Below are positions 37,885-50,019 of a stretch of DNA of 64,000 nucleotides, one piece after another. The notes under the pieces were generated by a model that saw only the letters and a program-made list of their open reading frames with translations, was not told the DNA's origin and did no database searches. The stretch is from Octopus vulgaris (taxonomy: Eukaryota), in contig OX597822.1 in NCBI GenBank assembly GCA_951406725.2, forward strand, positions 86,676,001-86,740,000. Reading direction: 5' to 3'. Position 1 is the stretch's first letter, and every line of letters starts with the position of its first letter. The position numbers and the translations under genes are program-made.

Positions 37885-40628
37885 GGCCATAGAATTGGTT
37901 CCCAAAATGAAGAGGGAACAAGGCTACTGGAGTTCTGTGATGCAAATAACCTTTTGATCTGCAACACCAACTTCAAGAAGTCAGCCAGCCACCTGATAAC
38001 CTATCAATCAGGTGACTCTGCAAGCCAGATAGATTTCATTCTCACCAGACAGTGGGATGCATGGTTGCTCATAAATGTGCAACGACTCTCCTTGGTGAAG
38101 AGCGTACCCTCTAGCATAGACTAGTTATTAGCGACTTTAGACTCCAGACCAGAATGGTGCCAAGATGCAGACCAATCTGGAAAAGAAGGATCTAGAAGCT
38201 TAAGGACCTTTCATATGGTCAGAGATTTAGAGATATCCTAATTGAGAAATTTGATGAGGAGGAGCAGCTACAAACTTGTGACATAGAGGGCAACTGGGAA
38301 TTCTGCAAAGAAAGAGGCTTGGAGATGCCATTATGAAAGACTGCTGAACATGGAGAATGAGTGGGAAGAGGAGAGTCTGCCAAATGTTGATCCAATTGAG
38401 TGACCAGCTACCCAAATTGACAGTACCTTGGAAGATAAAGCAATTAAGGATATGAAGACAGGGAAATCCCCCAGTCCATCAGAAATCACTGCTGAGCTGC
38501 TTAAAATGTCTGGTAGTGCAGGTTATGGTTTAGTCACTCGTATTGTAAATCAACTGGTTCAAGAATGAGTCATATGCAATGACTGGTGTAGCAGTACCAT
38601 AGTCAACTTCTACAAAGGTAATGGTGATGTCTTAGATAGAAATAATTACAGAGGTATTAAATTGTTGGATCAGGTGATGAAAGTTTTAGAGAGAGTCATA
38701 GCCCAACTAATCAGGGAGAGAGTTAGTCTAGATGAGATGCAGTTTAGCTTTGTGCCAGGGAGAAGCACCACTGATGCTATATTTCTGGTAAGGCAATTGC
38801 AGGAGAAATACCTAGCCAAAGATAAACCTCTGTATTTGTCTTTTGTTGACTTGGAGAAAGCTTTTGACAGAGTCCCCCTAACTGTTATCTGGTGGTTAAT
38901 GCGGAAACTAGGGATGAGTGGTTGGTGAGAACCATACAATCCTTGTACAGGGACACTACCAGTAAGGTGAAAGTTGGCAACAAGTACAGTGAAGAATTCA
39001 AGGTACAAGTAGGGGATCACCAAGGATTGATGCTCAGCCCCCTCTTGTTCATCATAGTCCTCCAGGCAATGACAGAGGAATTCAAGACAAGCTGTCCCTG
39101 GAGGTTCCTCTATGCTGATGACCTTGCTCTTATAGCTGAATCACTACCTGAGGTGGAGAAGAAGTTCCAGGTATGAAAACAAGGTCTAGAATCAAAAAGC
39201 CTTTGAGTTAACCTAGCAAAAACCAAAGTCTCAGTAAATAGGAAGGCAGTCAAATCACAAATCCTCTCAGGTAGATGGCCCTGCTCAATGTGTAGAAAAG
39301 GTGTAGGTAGAAACTCCATAAGATGCACCCAGTGTAAGCTTTGAACACATAAAAGGTGCAGCAATATCAAAGGAAGGTTAACAGAGAAACTAACTTTTGT
39401 ATGTGGAAGGTGCACAGGTACAATAAATGCTGAACATGTGTGGAAAATAAACACCATCAACTGCTAGGGGGAGGCAAGCTAGAGGTATTAGATAGCTTCT
39501 GGCATCTAGGCAACCAGATTAGTATTGGGGTTGGTTGTTCTGAGAGCGTGGCTTAAAGAATAAGATTAGGCTGGGCAAAGTTTAGAGAGCTCCTACCCCT
39601 GCTGGCAACAAAGAGCATCTCTCTCAGAGTGAAAGGCAGATTGTTTGTTGCCTGTGTATGAGCAACTATGCTGCATGGCAGTGAAACAGGAGCTATGACA
39701 GCCATGGACATGCGTATGCTTCAGAGAAATGAAGCGAGTATGCTTCACTGGATGTGCAATGTCAGTGTGCATGTTTGACAGAGTGTAAGCATCTTGAGAG
39801 AAAAGTTAAGAATAAGAGGAATCAGATGTGGTGTGCAAGAGAAGTAACTGCACTGGTATAGTCATGTGATGCATATAGATGAGGACAATTGTGTAAAGAA
39901 GTGCTGATCTCTAACTGTAGAGGGAACCTATGGTAGAGGTAGACCCAGGAAGACAGGGAAGGAGGCGGTGAAGCATGACCTTCGAACTTTGAATCTCACA
40001 GAGGCAGTGACTAGTGAGCAAGACCTTTGGCGATGTGCTCTGCTTAAGAGGACCCGTCAAGCTAAGTGCACCCATGTTGGTGGCATGTAAGAAAAAAAAT
40101 CAACCTTGAATGTCAGGCCTCATGGAGGCAAAGTGGCCAAGAAGCTTTTGAGCATTGGACTTTATGGGGGCAAAGTGGCTGAGTTCCTTTTGAATGTTGG
40201 GCCTCATGGAAGCAAAGTGGCTGAGTTCCTTTCAAGTGTTGGGCCTCACAGATGCAAGGTAGCTGAGTTCCTTTTGAGCAGTGAGCCTCATGGAGGCAAG
40301 GTGGCTGAGTTCCTTTCAAGTGTTGGCCCTCACGGAAGCAATAACCAAGAACTTTGGCATTATGGGCTGTTTGAGAAGACCCATCAAGCCAAGCAAAATT
40401 GCAGTCATGGCAGATACTGGTGTTGTGCAAATGGCACCCATGCCGGTGGCATGTAAAAGCACCCATAACACTCTTGGAGTGGTAGGCATTAGGAAGGACA
40501 TCCAGCCATAGAAAACCATGCCAAATCAGACTGGATCTTAGCACAGCCTTCCAGCATGCCAACCCAGTCAAACCATCCAACCCATGCCAGCATGGACAAC
40601 AGACGCTAAATGATGATGATGATGATGA
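37885..40628 (+). mobile_element. Longest RTE LINE copy (APE end, RT, 3' UTR); inactive
   Basis: SQIDFIL, NYRGIKLL, QFSFVPGRSTTDAIF, FVDLEKAFDRVP, QGLMLSPLLF, LYADDL motifs; stops and frameshifts; (GAT)n tail. Confidence 0.95.
40109..40345 (+). repeat. 42-bp tandem array (about 5.5 units) in the RTE 3' UTR
   Basis: Unit tgttgggcctcatggaggcaaagtggctgagttccttttgag. Confidence 0.9.
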
Positions 40629-40775
40629 AGGAGAACATATAGTAGAAATAATAACTTAAATATTTTTGAAGAAAATAAAAATGAAACCAGCTCTTTCCAT
40701 TTCATACATGTCCCACCGATGATGACGATGAAGAGAAAATGTTTCTGTGGTAAAAAAGAAGGAAAGTTTAACATA

Positions 40776-41180
40776 GGTGCAGGAGTGACTGTGTGGTAAG
40801 TAGCTTGCCTACCAACCACATGGTTCCGGGTTCAGTCCCACTGCGTGGCACGTTGGGCAAGTGTCTTCTAATGTAGTCTCGGGCCGACCAAAGCCTTGTG
40901 AGTGGATTTGGTTGACGGAAACTGAAAGAAGCCTGTTGTATATGTATATATATATGTATATGTGTGTGTTTGTGTGTCAGTGTTTGTCCCCCCAACATCG
41001 CTTGACAACCGATGCTGTTGTGTTTACGTCCCCGTAACTTAGTGGTTCAGCAATAGAGACTGATAGAATAAGTACTAGGCTTACAAAGAATAAGTCCTGG
41101 GGTCGATTTGCTCGACTAAAGGCGGTGCTCCAGCATGGCCGCAGTCAAATGACTGAAACAAGTAAAAGAGTAAAAGAGTA
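40776..41180 (+). mobile_element. Full-length tRNA-derived SINE, family B
   Basis: A box gtgactgtgtggt, B box ggttcagtccc, central TA/TG tract, tail (agtaaaag)n; many CpGs retained. Confidence 0.92.
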
Positions 41181-43423
41181 TGTGTGGTCAGTGAGCAACC
41201 AAAATATAGAGATATGACTGATCAAGATTTTGTTTAGTTGTGTCTTGGTCAACAAAACCAAGAATGAATTTCACTAGTCACTGTTCTAGTTGAATTCTAG
41301 TTGCAAAAGAAAATGAGAAAAAAAAAAAGACTGGACAGCTTTGAGCTATGATTTATAAAGCCAGTGGATGGATGAGAGATACTGCACTTCAAAATAAACT
41401 GGTAAAAATGGGTTGCCTGAAATTCTCCAAAGTGGAAAAAAAGAACAAAAAAACAATAACTTGTCAGACCACTAACTTAATGAGAGAAAAACGTTATTTA
41501 GCCTCTGTATCTACTTTTCACAGTGAGGCTAAAAATGTGTTTCTAAAAACATATTTGTAAGCCTCCAGTTCATCTCTCTCTCTCTCTCTATGCCTCTCTC
41601 TCTCTCTCTCTGAGCACACACGCACAAGAATTACCTCCCTTTCACTTGATTTTTGCTATATACAAACAAAAACTACATTTTGTATGAGAAAAATGTATAT
41701 GAAAGGACGAAAGGTGTAAAACAAGCACTGCTTTTATTGTCATATGTTGAAATTAGATCTTAGAAATGTCATTTTCATTATTGAGTTGTCACCTGTTCTT
41801 AATGCTAAAATGTAAAATAGACTCTTCTTCTGTGAGGCAAGACAAAATTAATGGCGATGTGGAGAAAATATTGACTTACCTGTTCACGTTCACATCAAGC
41901 AGTTCAATGTGTTTCTAAACAGGAAACATATCTTTTAACAGGTTTCAATGAGGAAATAACTTGTACATGTTTTGCAAGTAACACCTGCAATAGTTTCTAC
42001 ATCCTGTTTGCTGGAGGTGGGAGTGTCATGTTGTGGTTTTTAAAGCTGTTCAACCCTGATCCAGTAGACTAAGAGTCCACATGTGACCACGACATCTTGT
42101 ACGTTTAGGATTATTTTGTTGAATCTTTATCTTCATCCTATGAGGTGGTAGGATAAGATTTATGGGAAACTTGATTGCTATTTTTTGCTGGTTGAATGAC
42201 CATATAAAAGTTCTCTCATTGGCTTGGAGGATTCATATTTTCTTCCATTCAATGCCATGGATGTGATACTAAGCAGTTCAATGAGTCACATGGAGATTTT
42301 CTTTCATTTTTTTAAAAAACGTTTACTTGAGTAGATTAGAATTAATAAAATTTAATTACTTTAATGAAGTACTTCAGGACACAATCCAATGAGAAGTTAC
42401 ATATTTGTCAACCCTGAGATATTCTTCTCAAATTTCATCTCAAACTCAGTAATTGAACTAATTCACATTATAGACAAGACCAGCAGCAGCAGCAGATCAA
42501 CAGTACTTTATATCCAAATATTTCACAACATTCTGTTTCTCAGTATATTTTGAACAACAAAGAAATGGTGGCTTTCAAACTATTTCTCAGTGGCCAATCC
42601 CACTTTACATTGAACAACATATTCACTCTTATGTTTTTACTCATAGCTCTTAACTTATACCAACATAACCTTCACACATTCACATAAAATATGCAGATGA
42701 CATCATACTTACCCCATTTCAATATTCCCCATAGTTGCACTTCAACCCGACATCAAGCACAAAATAAAAAGTTCTCATGAACCAATTAGTCTCTTTGTGG
42801 TTGCTCAACTTGCTGGAAATAGCAGTCAAATTTCTCTGAAATTTCTCCTTACAATTTTTTAAAAAGGCCAGGTCAGATAATATAGTCCAAGTTAACATAG
42901 CCACAGACCTGGCAGCAGTTCCTTACCTTGCCTCAATTTACAGAAATTATCAGAAAGTTTCACTCATCCTATGATCAGCTCCTTGAAAAAATGTGGCCCT
43001 ATACAAAATTTTCTATCTATGTGCAAAATTATGGCCCACAATTTGCCTCATACATTCACTTTTATATGTTAAGACACCTAGTGGATACCTGTGGAAAAGC
43101 TATGTGTGTATCTGTGGAAAAGCTATGAGTGATAAATATTCAGTCTTATAACTGATTATATGTAGTAATCTGAATTGAAACAAATCATTTGATAATGTTC
43201 CTCTTTATCCACCTTCTTGTACAATGAGTGTACACCCTAATATTTCATCTCCATCCTTTCTTCCTTTCCTGTTGGAGCAGCCATGTATCTTCTCTACAGC
43301 AAAACACTTGCTCCTGACCCTCTTTCATACTTTAGATTCTCTACACTTGGCACAATGTCACCTTCCTCAATAATACTCCCTGATTCTCTTGCATGTAACT
43401 CGGTGACCTGACACTCTGTCAGT

Positions 43424-43816
43424 ATTGATGACAACGACTCCAGTTGATCTGATCAATGGAACAACTTTATTGTGAAATTAATGTCCAAGTGGCTGACCAT
43501 TTCTCAGGCATGTGGACCCTTCATGTAATTCTCAGGGAGATTCTCTGTGACACAGAATGTGACAATGCCAGCCCTTTGAATTACAGGTACAACTCATTTT
43601 TGCCAGGCTGTGGGAACTGGAGCAACATGAAGTAAAGTGTCTTGCTCAAGGACACAATGTGACACCAGTGATTGAACTAATGGTATTACAATCTTGAGCT
43701 GAATACCCGAACCACTTAACCATGCATCTGTGGAGTACTCAGTCACTTTCATGTTAATTTCACAAGCAGGCTTTTCTACTGATCATATCAACTGGAACCC
43801 TCCTCATTACTTGTTG
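43424..43816 (-). mobile_element. SINE (family D head) plus inverted tail copy, inserted in an RTE-tailed element
   Basis: Head at about 43600-43725 is homologous to 16000-16120; flanked by actctgtcagt / actctatcagt. Confidence 0.75.
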
Positions 43817-44355
43817 ACTCTATCAGTCCTAGCGCCACATAAAAGCACCTGGTACACTCTGTGAAGTGGTTGGCATTAGGAAGAGCATAGAAATTTTGTT
43901 AAAGTAGACACTGAAAATCAATGCAGGTATCAGGCTTGTTGGAACCCATCAAACCATCATGCTCCATGCTACCATAGAACCTAAATATTAAATAACGATG
44001 ATCATCATCATGATGCATACATGGATAGTTAAAGTTAAGGACATTTGTACTCCATATTCTGTTTATTAAACAACCTGTTAATGTTTCCTTGAAATATAGA
44101 CAAGGTGAAAGTAGCTCAACTAATTAAAAAACTTGTCAGTATATCCAGGTATTCAAGCATAGTGAAAATACCACAACCCCTAATTGCCCATGATGTCAGA
44201 GAGATGAACACACAAAGAATAAGTTGGAGACACACTGCTAATTGTATTAGCCAATTATATTAGATTAATAGACAAAGCAAGACAAGGAGAATGACACACT
44301 AGACATGTAGTCATTGAAGATAAAACCTGCAACATAAAGATGTTTATATAACATA

Positions 44356-45043
44356 AGGTGGTGAGCTGACAGAATCGTTAGCAGGCAAAATGCTTAGTGG
44401 TATTTCATTTGTCTTTATGTTCTGTGTTCAAATTCTGCAGCGGTCAACTTTGTCTTTCATTCTTTTGGGGTTGACAAAATAAGTATCAGTTGAGCACTGG
44501 GATCGATGTAATCAACTGAGCCCCTACCCCCACCGAAATTACTGCCCTTGTGCAGAAATTTGAAACCAATATAATCAATATATAAAGTGGCAAGCTGGCA
44601 GAATTGTTAGCACAAGGACAAAGATGCTTGTTGGCATTTCATCCGTCTTTATGTTCTGAGTTCAAATTCTGCTGAGTTTGACTTTATCTCTCATCCTTTC
44701 AAGGTTGATAAAATAAGTACCAGTTGAATACTGGGGTTGATGTAATTGATGTACCTACTCCTCCAAAATTGCTAGCCTTGTGCCAAAATTTCAAATTTTG
44801 GCACAATTTTGTAAATTATGATGATGAAGCAGTGAGCTGGCAGAATCGTTAGTTTGCCAAACAAAATACCTGGCTGCATTTCATCCGTTTTTACATTCTG
44901 AGTTCAAATTCTATTGAGGGTGGCCTTGCCTTTTATGATTTCAGGGTCGATAAAATAAGTACCAGTTGAGTAATGGGGTCAGTGCAATTGACATACACAC
45001 TCCTCTAAAATTGTTGGCCTTGCGTCAAAAGTTGAAACCAATA
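44356..45043 (+). mobile_element. Three head-to-tail copies of SINE family C
   Basis: gagctggcagaatcgttag-type heads at about 44364, 44592 and 44834; each has the B box and the tail ccttgtgc.aaa.tt.aaa. Confidence 0.92.
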
Positions 45044-45289
45044 TAAACATCTGTAATAATGTCTAGATGATATGATTTAATAAGAACTTCACCATGGCCA
45101 CACCACAAACTACCTAGTCAAATATATCTAAAATCAGGAACCAAAAGCCAAATAGAAAAAGACTTGACAAAATACTGAACACATGACAATACATCTTCCA
45201 TGATAGGAATCTTGTTTTTCTATCAGACATAAGGGAAAAAAATACCTCAAAAGTTTCAAACAACCATACACCAAGATGAATATATTAAG

Positions 45290-46010
45290 TTATTGTTCTC
45301 ATCAACACCCTGCTATATTCCTGAAATTTGGAAACTAAACCGAATAATAACAATTCCAAAACCCAACTTAAGCAATATCATACAGGCCCATCACTTTCCC
45401 ACAAACATCCTCAAAATCAAAATAAATCTCATCCTTGATTTATCAACTCATGGATTCACCCCAATAAATTCATGGGTTCACCCCCCATTAAACTAATGAA
45501 TTCACCCCATTAAACTCGACCACTAATGGCACTCACAAACCTCAAACAAACAATAAATCTAGTTATTTGTCTTTTAATATAATTCTCTTCCTATCCAATA
45601 TGTTTTATAGGAATATTAAACAATTGGCCCCATCCAAGTATTTAAGACTTAATTTTTATTACCCAGAAGAATAAATGGCCAAGTTAACATCAGTATCATT
45701 TGAACTCCAAATGTAAAGGGATGTAACTAAATATTGTAGAGATTAATTTTGAGGCTTTAACAATCCTACCATTTCATGATAACCTCAATATCAACAAAAG
45801 CCTGACACTTACTAGTCTAGACACTACAGACACAGACACAGCCTATGACTCCATTCGCCACAAACCACTTATAAATAGCTTCAACTCAAAATGCTGAATA
45901 GCGAGCTATCTCTCAGGATGCTAAAACATGTCTAGAATCTGTTATTTTCCAATTGGAGTACTGCAAAGATCTATTCTCTCACTTGTTCTTTTTGACTTAT
46001 ACATACATAG
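45290..46010 (+). mobile_element. Old Jockey/I-like LINE RT remnant
   Basis: IPEIWKLNRIITIPKP, AYDSI (about 45841) and GVLQRSILS (about 45955) motifs. Confidence 0.55.
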
Positions 46011-46309
46011 CCTTCCCACATCCTAACAAAACATATACACAGTTTTATATGGAGATGGTAGCTCAGTTACCTCTTCATACATTTCCTCAGAGATATTTGC
46101 ACCCTTGCATATCAATCATTATTTAGAATCTGCCTCTAAAAGTTTTTGTTTGAAAGTAGACCAAAAGAAATACCGACTAAATCTACCAATTCTTTTCTTA
46201 ACATAAATACCAAATAACAACATATACAACCAACCACCATACTAAACTGTTAGAAATAACTGCCAAATCTCCCTCAAACCATGCCCTACCATATTAAATA
46301 TTAAATCTA

Positions 46310-46590
46310 ATTCTATTAAACCAATCAATTACCTCATAGGTATTAGACCAGAGTTGAAATCTTATTTTTTCTTTAAGAACAGGAATTTACTTATCAAGAA
46401 TTGCTTAACAAGTTTACCCAAGTCAGATTTACATGGGCAAATCAATCTAACTTTAGGGTTACAAAAAAAATTCTCTTTATGATCCTTTAAAATAATTCTC
46501 AGTCTTTTAGAAACAGAAGGTTCAGTTTTATCATCCAATTTGTAATTTTCTATAATTTGTTTAGAAATTAAGTTTGTAGTTCTTAACACA
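46310..46590 (-). mobile_element. Penelope-like element RT fragment
   Basis: ILKDHKENFFCNPKVRLICPCKSDLGK resembles the LKDHK.NF...P..RLI.P.KS.LG motif of Penelope-like RTs. Confidence 0.7.
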
Positions 46591-46615
46591 CTCCTTGACT
46601 AACCAAATGAAATTG

Positions 46616-46652
<37 letters not shown>

Positions 46653-46654
46653 GA

Positions 46655-47922
46655 GAGTAAACTGAAGGTTGGCAATGAGTGTAGTAATAAATTCAGGGTA
46701 CAAGTCAGGGTTCACCAAGCATCAGTCCTCAGCCCCCTCCTGTTCATCACAGTCCTCCAGGCCATAACAGAGGAATTTAAGACAGGCTGCTCCTGGGAGT
46801 TCCTCTATGCTGATGACCTTGTTCTCATAGCCAAATCACTTCCAGAACTAGAGAAGAAATTTCAGGTGTGTAAGCAAGGTCTAGAATAAAAGGGCCTTAG
46901 AGTTAATCTAGCAAAAACCAAAGTTTTAGTGAGTAGGAAAGCAGACAAATCACAAATCCCTTCAGGTAGATGGCCCTGCTCAATCTGTAAGAAAAGTGTA
47001 GGTAGAAATTCCATTAGATATACCTGGTGTAAGCTATGGACGCATAAAAGGTGCAGCAATATCAGAGGAAGGTTAACAGAGAAACTAGATTTTGTGTGTG
47101 GAAGGTGCACTGAAACGATTAAGACTAAAGATGTCAGAAAATAGACTCCATCAAATGCCAGGAGGAAAAACTAAAGGTAGCTGATAGCTTCCGTTATCTT
47201 GGTAACCAAGTCAGTTGTGGAGGTGTGCATGTACCACAGAGTGTAAGCGTTTTGAGAGAAAAATTGGGCATAAGAGGTATCAGATGTGGTGTGCAAGAGA
47301 GACGATTGAGTTGGTATGGTCATATGATGCATATGGATGAGGACAGCTGTAAAGAATTACTGATCACTAATTGTGGTGGGAACCTGTGGAAGAGGTAGAC
47401 CGAGGAAGATATGGGACAAAGTGGTGAAGCATGATCTTTGAACAGTGGGTTTCATGGAAGTGATGACAAATGACCAAGACTGCAGACAGTACATCGTGCT
47501 TGAGAAGACTTGTCAGGCCAAGTGAAATTGTTTTTCTGGTGGTGCTAGTGTCACATAAATGGTACCCATGCATCGTAGTCATGGTCATTGGTGGTACCAT
47601 GCAAATGGCACCTGTGAGTTGTCATGGTCATTGCTGGTGCCATGCAAATGGCACCCATGTATCCTAGTTGTGGTCATTGACAGTGCCATTTAAATGGCAC
47701 CTGGGAATTGTAGTCATGATTGTTGCTGGTGTCATGTAGATGGTATGTCAAAGCACCTATTACACTCCTGGAATCATTGACATTAAGAAGAGCATCCAGC
47801 TGTAGAAACCATGCCAAATCATACTGGAACTTGGTGCAGCTCTCTGGCTCATCAGCTGCAGTCAAACCATCTAACCCATGCCAGCATGGAGAATGGGCAT
47901 TAAAAGATGATGATGATGATGA
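46655..47922 (+). mobile_element. RTE LINE, 5'-truncated and internally deleted
   Basis: GVHQASVLSPLLF, LYADDL, C4HC3 finger, deletion at about 47225, ~45-bp tandem units at 47560-47740, (GAT)n tail. Confidence 0.93.
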
Positions 47923-48577
47923 TATACACACACACACAATTATATGCATGTATCATTCTGGGTACAACTTTAAACTGCACCCAGTTGTTGGGCCTTGGTA
48001 CTGGAGTTCCAGGGTTTTAAAGAATGTGAGACCATCTCTTAACCACTATTGTTCCCAGGTTTACTCTAACCTGGAGAAGTAGCACCTGTCAGAGTCTTAG
48101 CTATGGGTTCCCTAATGACAATCTATCTCAGCATAGGGGTGCCAAAATGCTCTTGGTTGGTATCTGGGCACACAGTAAAACCACCAGGAGTGAAGGACCC
48201 CAGTTGTTGTCACAGTATCCTTCTTGGATAGGGACTCCTGAATATAAAGCCTGCAGAGTCACATGATTACTGGTTATTTTGCTTCAGTCTGTCATTTGGT
48301 ACTAATTACAGAGACATTTATCACTATAATCCAGTGAGGTGCAGATGTCTCTTTATGGTGACCTCATTTGTCCTATGGCGATTGAAGAGTGGCAACGTAT
48401 GCAGACCTAATCAGTTGGAAGTGCATAGTAAGTCTGTCACCTATGCTTCAAACCATGAAGATCTGTAATGGGACTGAATTGTCATTGGAGAGGTCATGGA
48501 TAGAAAGTGAGAAATGCCATTGATAATGAGGAAGCAAAAGGAAAAGGCAATTATTTGTGAAGATGGAGCAATTACTC

Positions 48578-48750
48578 TGTATGTATGTCTCTTCTATTTT
48601 TTAATTATGCTAAAAAATAGAAGGGACATACATGCATATAATAATGTATGTATGTCTATTCTATTTTTTATTATTCTAAAAAATAGAAGGGACATACATA
48701 CATACATATAATAATGTATGTATGTATGCCTCTTCTATTTTTTAATTATT
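48578..48750. repeat. Tandem array of palindromic ~67-70 bp units
   Basis: atgtatgtctcttctatttttta-attatgc-taaaaaatagaagggacatacat, about 2.5 times. Confidence 0.88.
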
Positions 48751-49095
48751 ATAAATCTTACACTGAGGAGGGTGTTGGTTTCCAACAAAGATACAAGGCT
48801 CCATCTTTGGGATGCAGTTAACAAAGACAAATTCACATTTGGAACTTGAGAAAAGTCTTGCATACTTTTACTGTTCCACTCACAGATTGGACTTGTGATG
48901 TACGAATCAGCTGGTCAATTTCTCTTTCTGAAAATCCCAGTTTATCCAGATTCTCCTTTAAGCATATACTAACAAAACCTAACGCTCCAATTATTATTGG
49001 TATGAATATGAATTCATAGTCTGGATGTAGAAGCTGGAGGTTTTGAAGCAGTTGTCCATAGATATCCTCTTTTTCTTTGATTTTCAATGAGATAT
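48715..49095 (-). mobile_element. R4/Dong-like (REL endonuclease) non-LTR 3' fragment, copy 1
   Basis: YGQLL...FIPIIIGALG...GTVKVCKTFLKF C-terminus, short UTR, (CATA)n tail. Confidence 0.75.
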
Positions 49096-49167
49096 TTATT
49101 CTAAATTAATCTATTATTTTAATTATTCTATGATGATGATGATAGATAAAACATACATACATATAAT

Positions 49168-49725
49168 GTATGTATGTATGTACGCATGTATATGTATGTA
49201 TGTATGTTCATTCTCTTCCGATTTTAATCATCTAAGTTCTTCCTCTGAAGAAGGAACTGGTTTCTAACAAAGAGACAAAGCCTCATTATTAGAATGTAGA
49301 TAACAAAAACAATGTCACATTTTAAACTTGAGAAAAGTCTTGCATATTTCTACTGTTCCAGTTACAAATTGTATTTGTAATGGGTGTTAGTTGGTTGATT
49401 TCTTTATTCTGAAAACCCTAGCTTATCCAAATTGTCAATTACTCACAAAATTAAATGCACCAATTATTATGGGCATAAATGTACAATTTATAACCTGGAG
49501 GTTTCAAAACAGTTGTTCATAGTTATTCTCATTGATTTTCAAAGAGATATACACATCAATCACTTTGCCAGCACATTTTTTTTCTTGTCTGTTTCAAACT
49601 ACAATATCTGGTCTGTTATGTTTATACTTGATGTTTTGAAAAGGATGTTCCACCGATATTCCTTGTGTTGATGTCTTTGTGTGTTCAATAACAGGAGGAT
49701 TTTCTGTATTTATTCCAGGACAGTT
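49168..49725 (-). mobile_element. R4/Dong-like non-LTR 3' fragment, copy 2
   Basis: HNRPDIVV*NRQEKKC...VIDV REL motif at about 49550-49620; 3' end homologous to copy 1; (CATA)n tail. Confidence 0.78.
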
Positions 49726-50019
49726 TACGCATGTATGTGTATATGTATGCATACCAGTACGTATGTATTGCCACTCAGCTATACATCACCAAAGAAAGTT
49801 AATAAATGTAATTTTATAGCTTGCGCGAAAAACATGTTTGTATACTGTATCAACTTCATGATTCTGTGTTGCATTTAACTGAGAAGAGACATTTATGCAA
49901 TAATTGAAGTAAAAAGTTGCTGATCATTAGCTGAGGTAAAATTTGATCCTCACTTTGTAGCTTATTAACAAGCTATGGTCAATCTCACTACTAAGTCAAC
50001 TTCCATTATATATATGTTG

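Noticed and set aside
37558-38124. 188-aa ORF, the longest in the track
   Set aside because: A low-complexity CCACCAATAC repeat fused by chance to RTE endonuclease sequence.
40106-40456. ORF with 14-aa repeats / CRISPR-like periodicity
   Set aside because: A 42-bp tandem array in an RTE 3' UTR; no unique spacers, no cas genes, eukaryotic context.
40776-40845. tRNA-like A/B boxes (also 16050-16120 and 44360-44440)
   Set aside because: SINE heads continuing into repeat bodies; no full cloverleaf.
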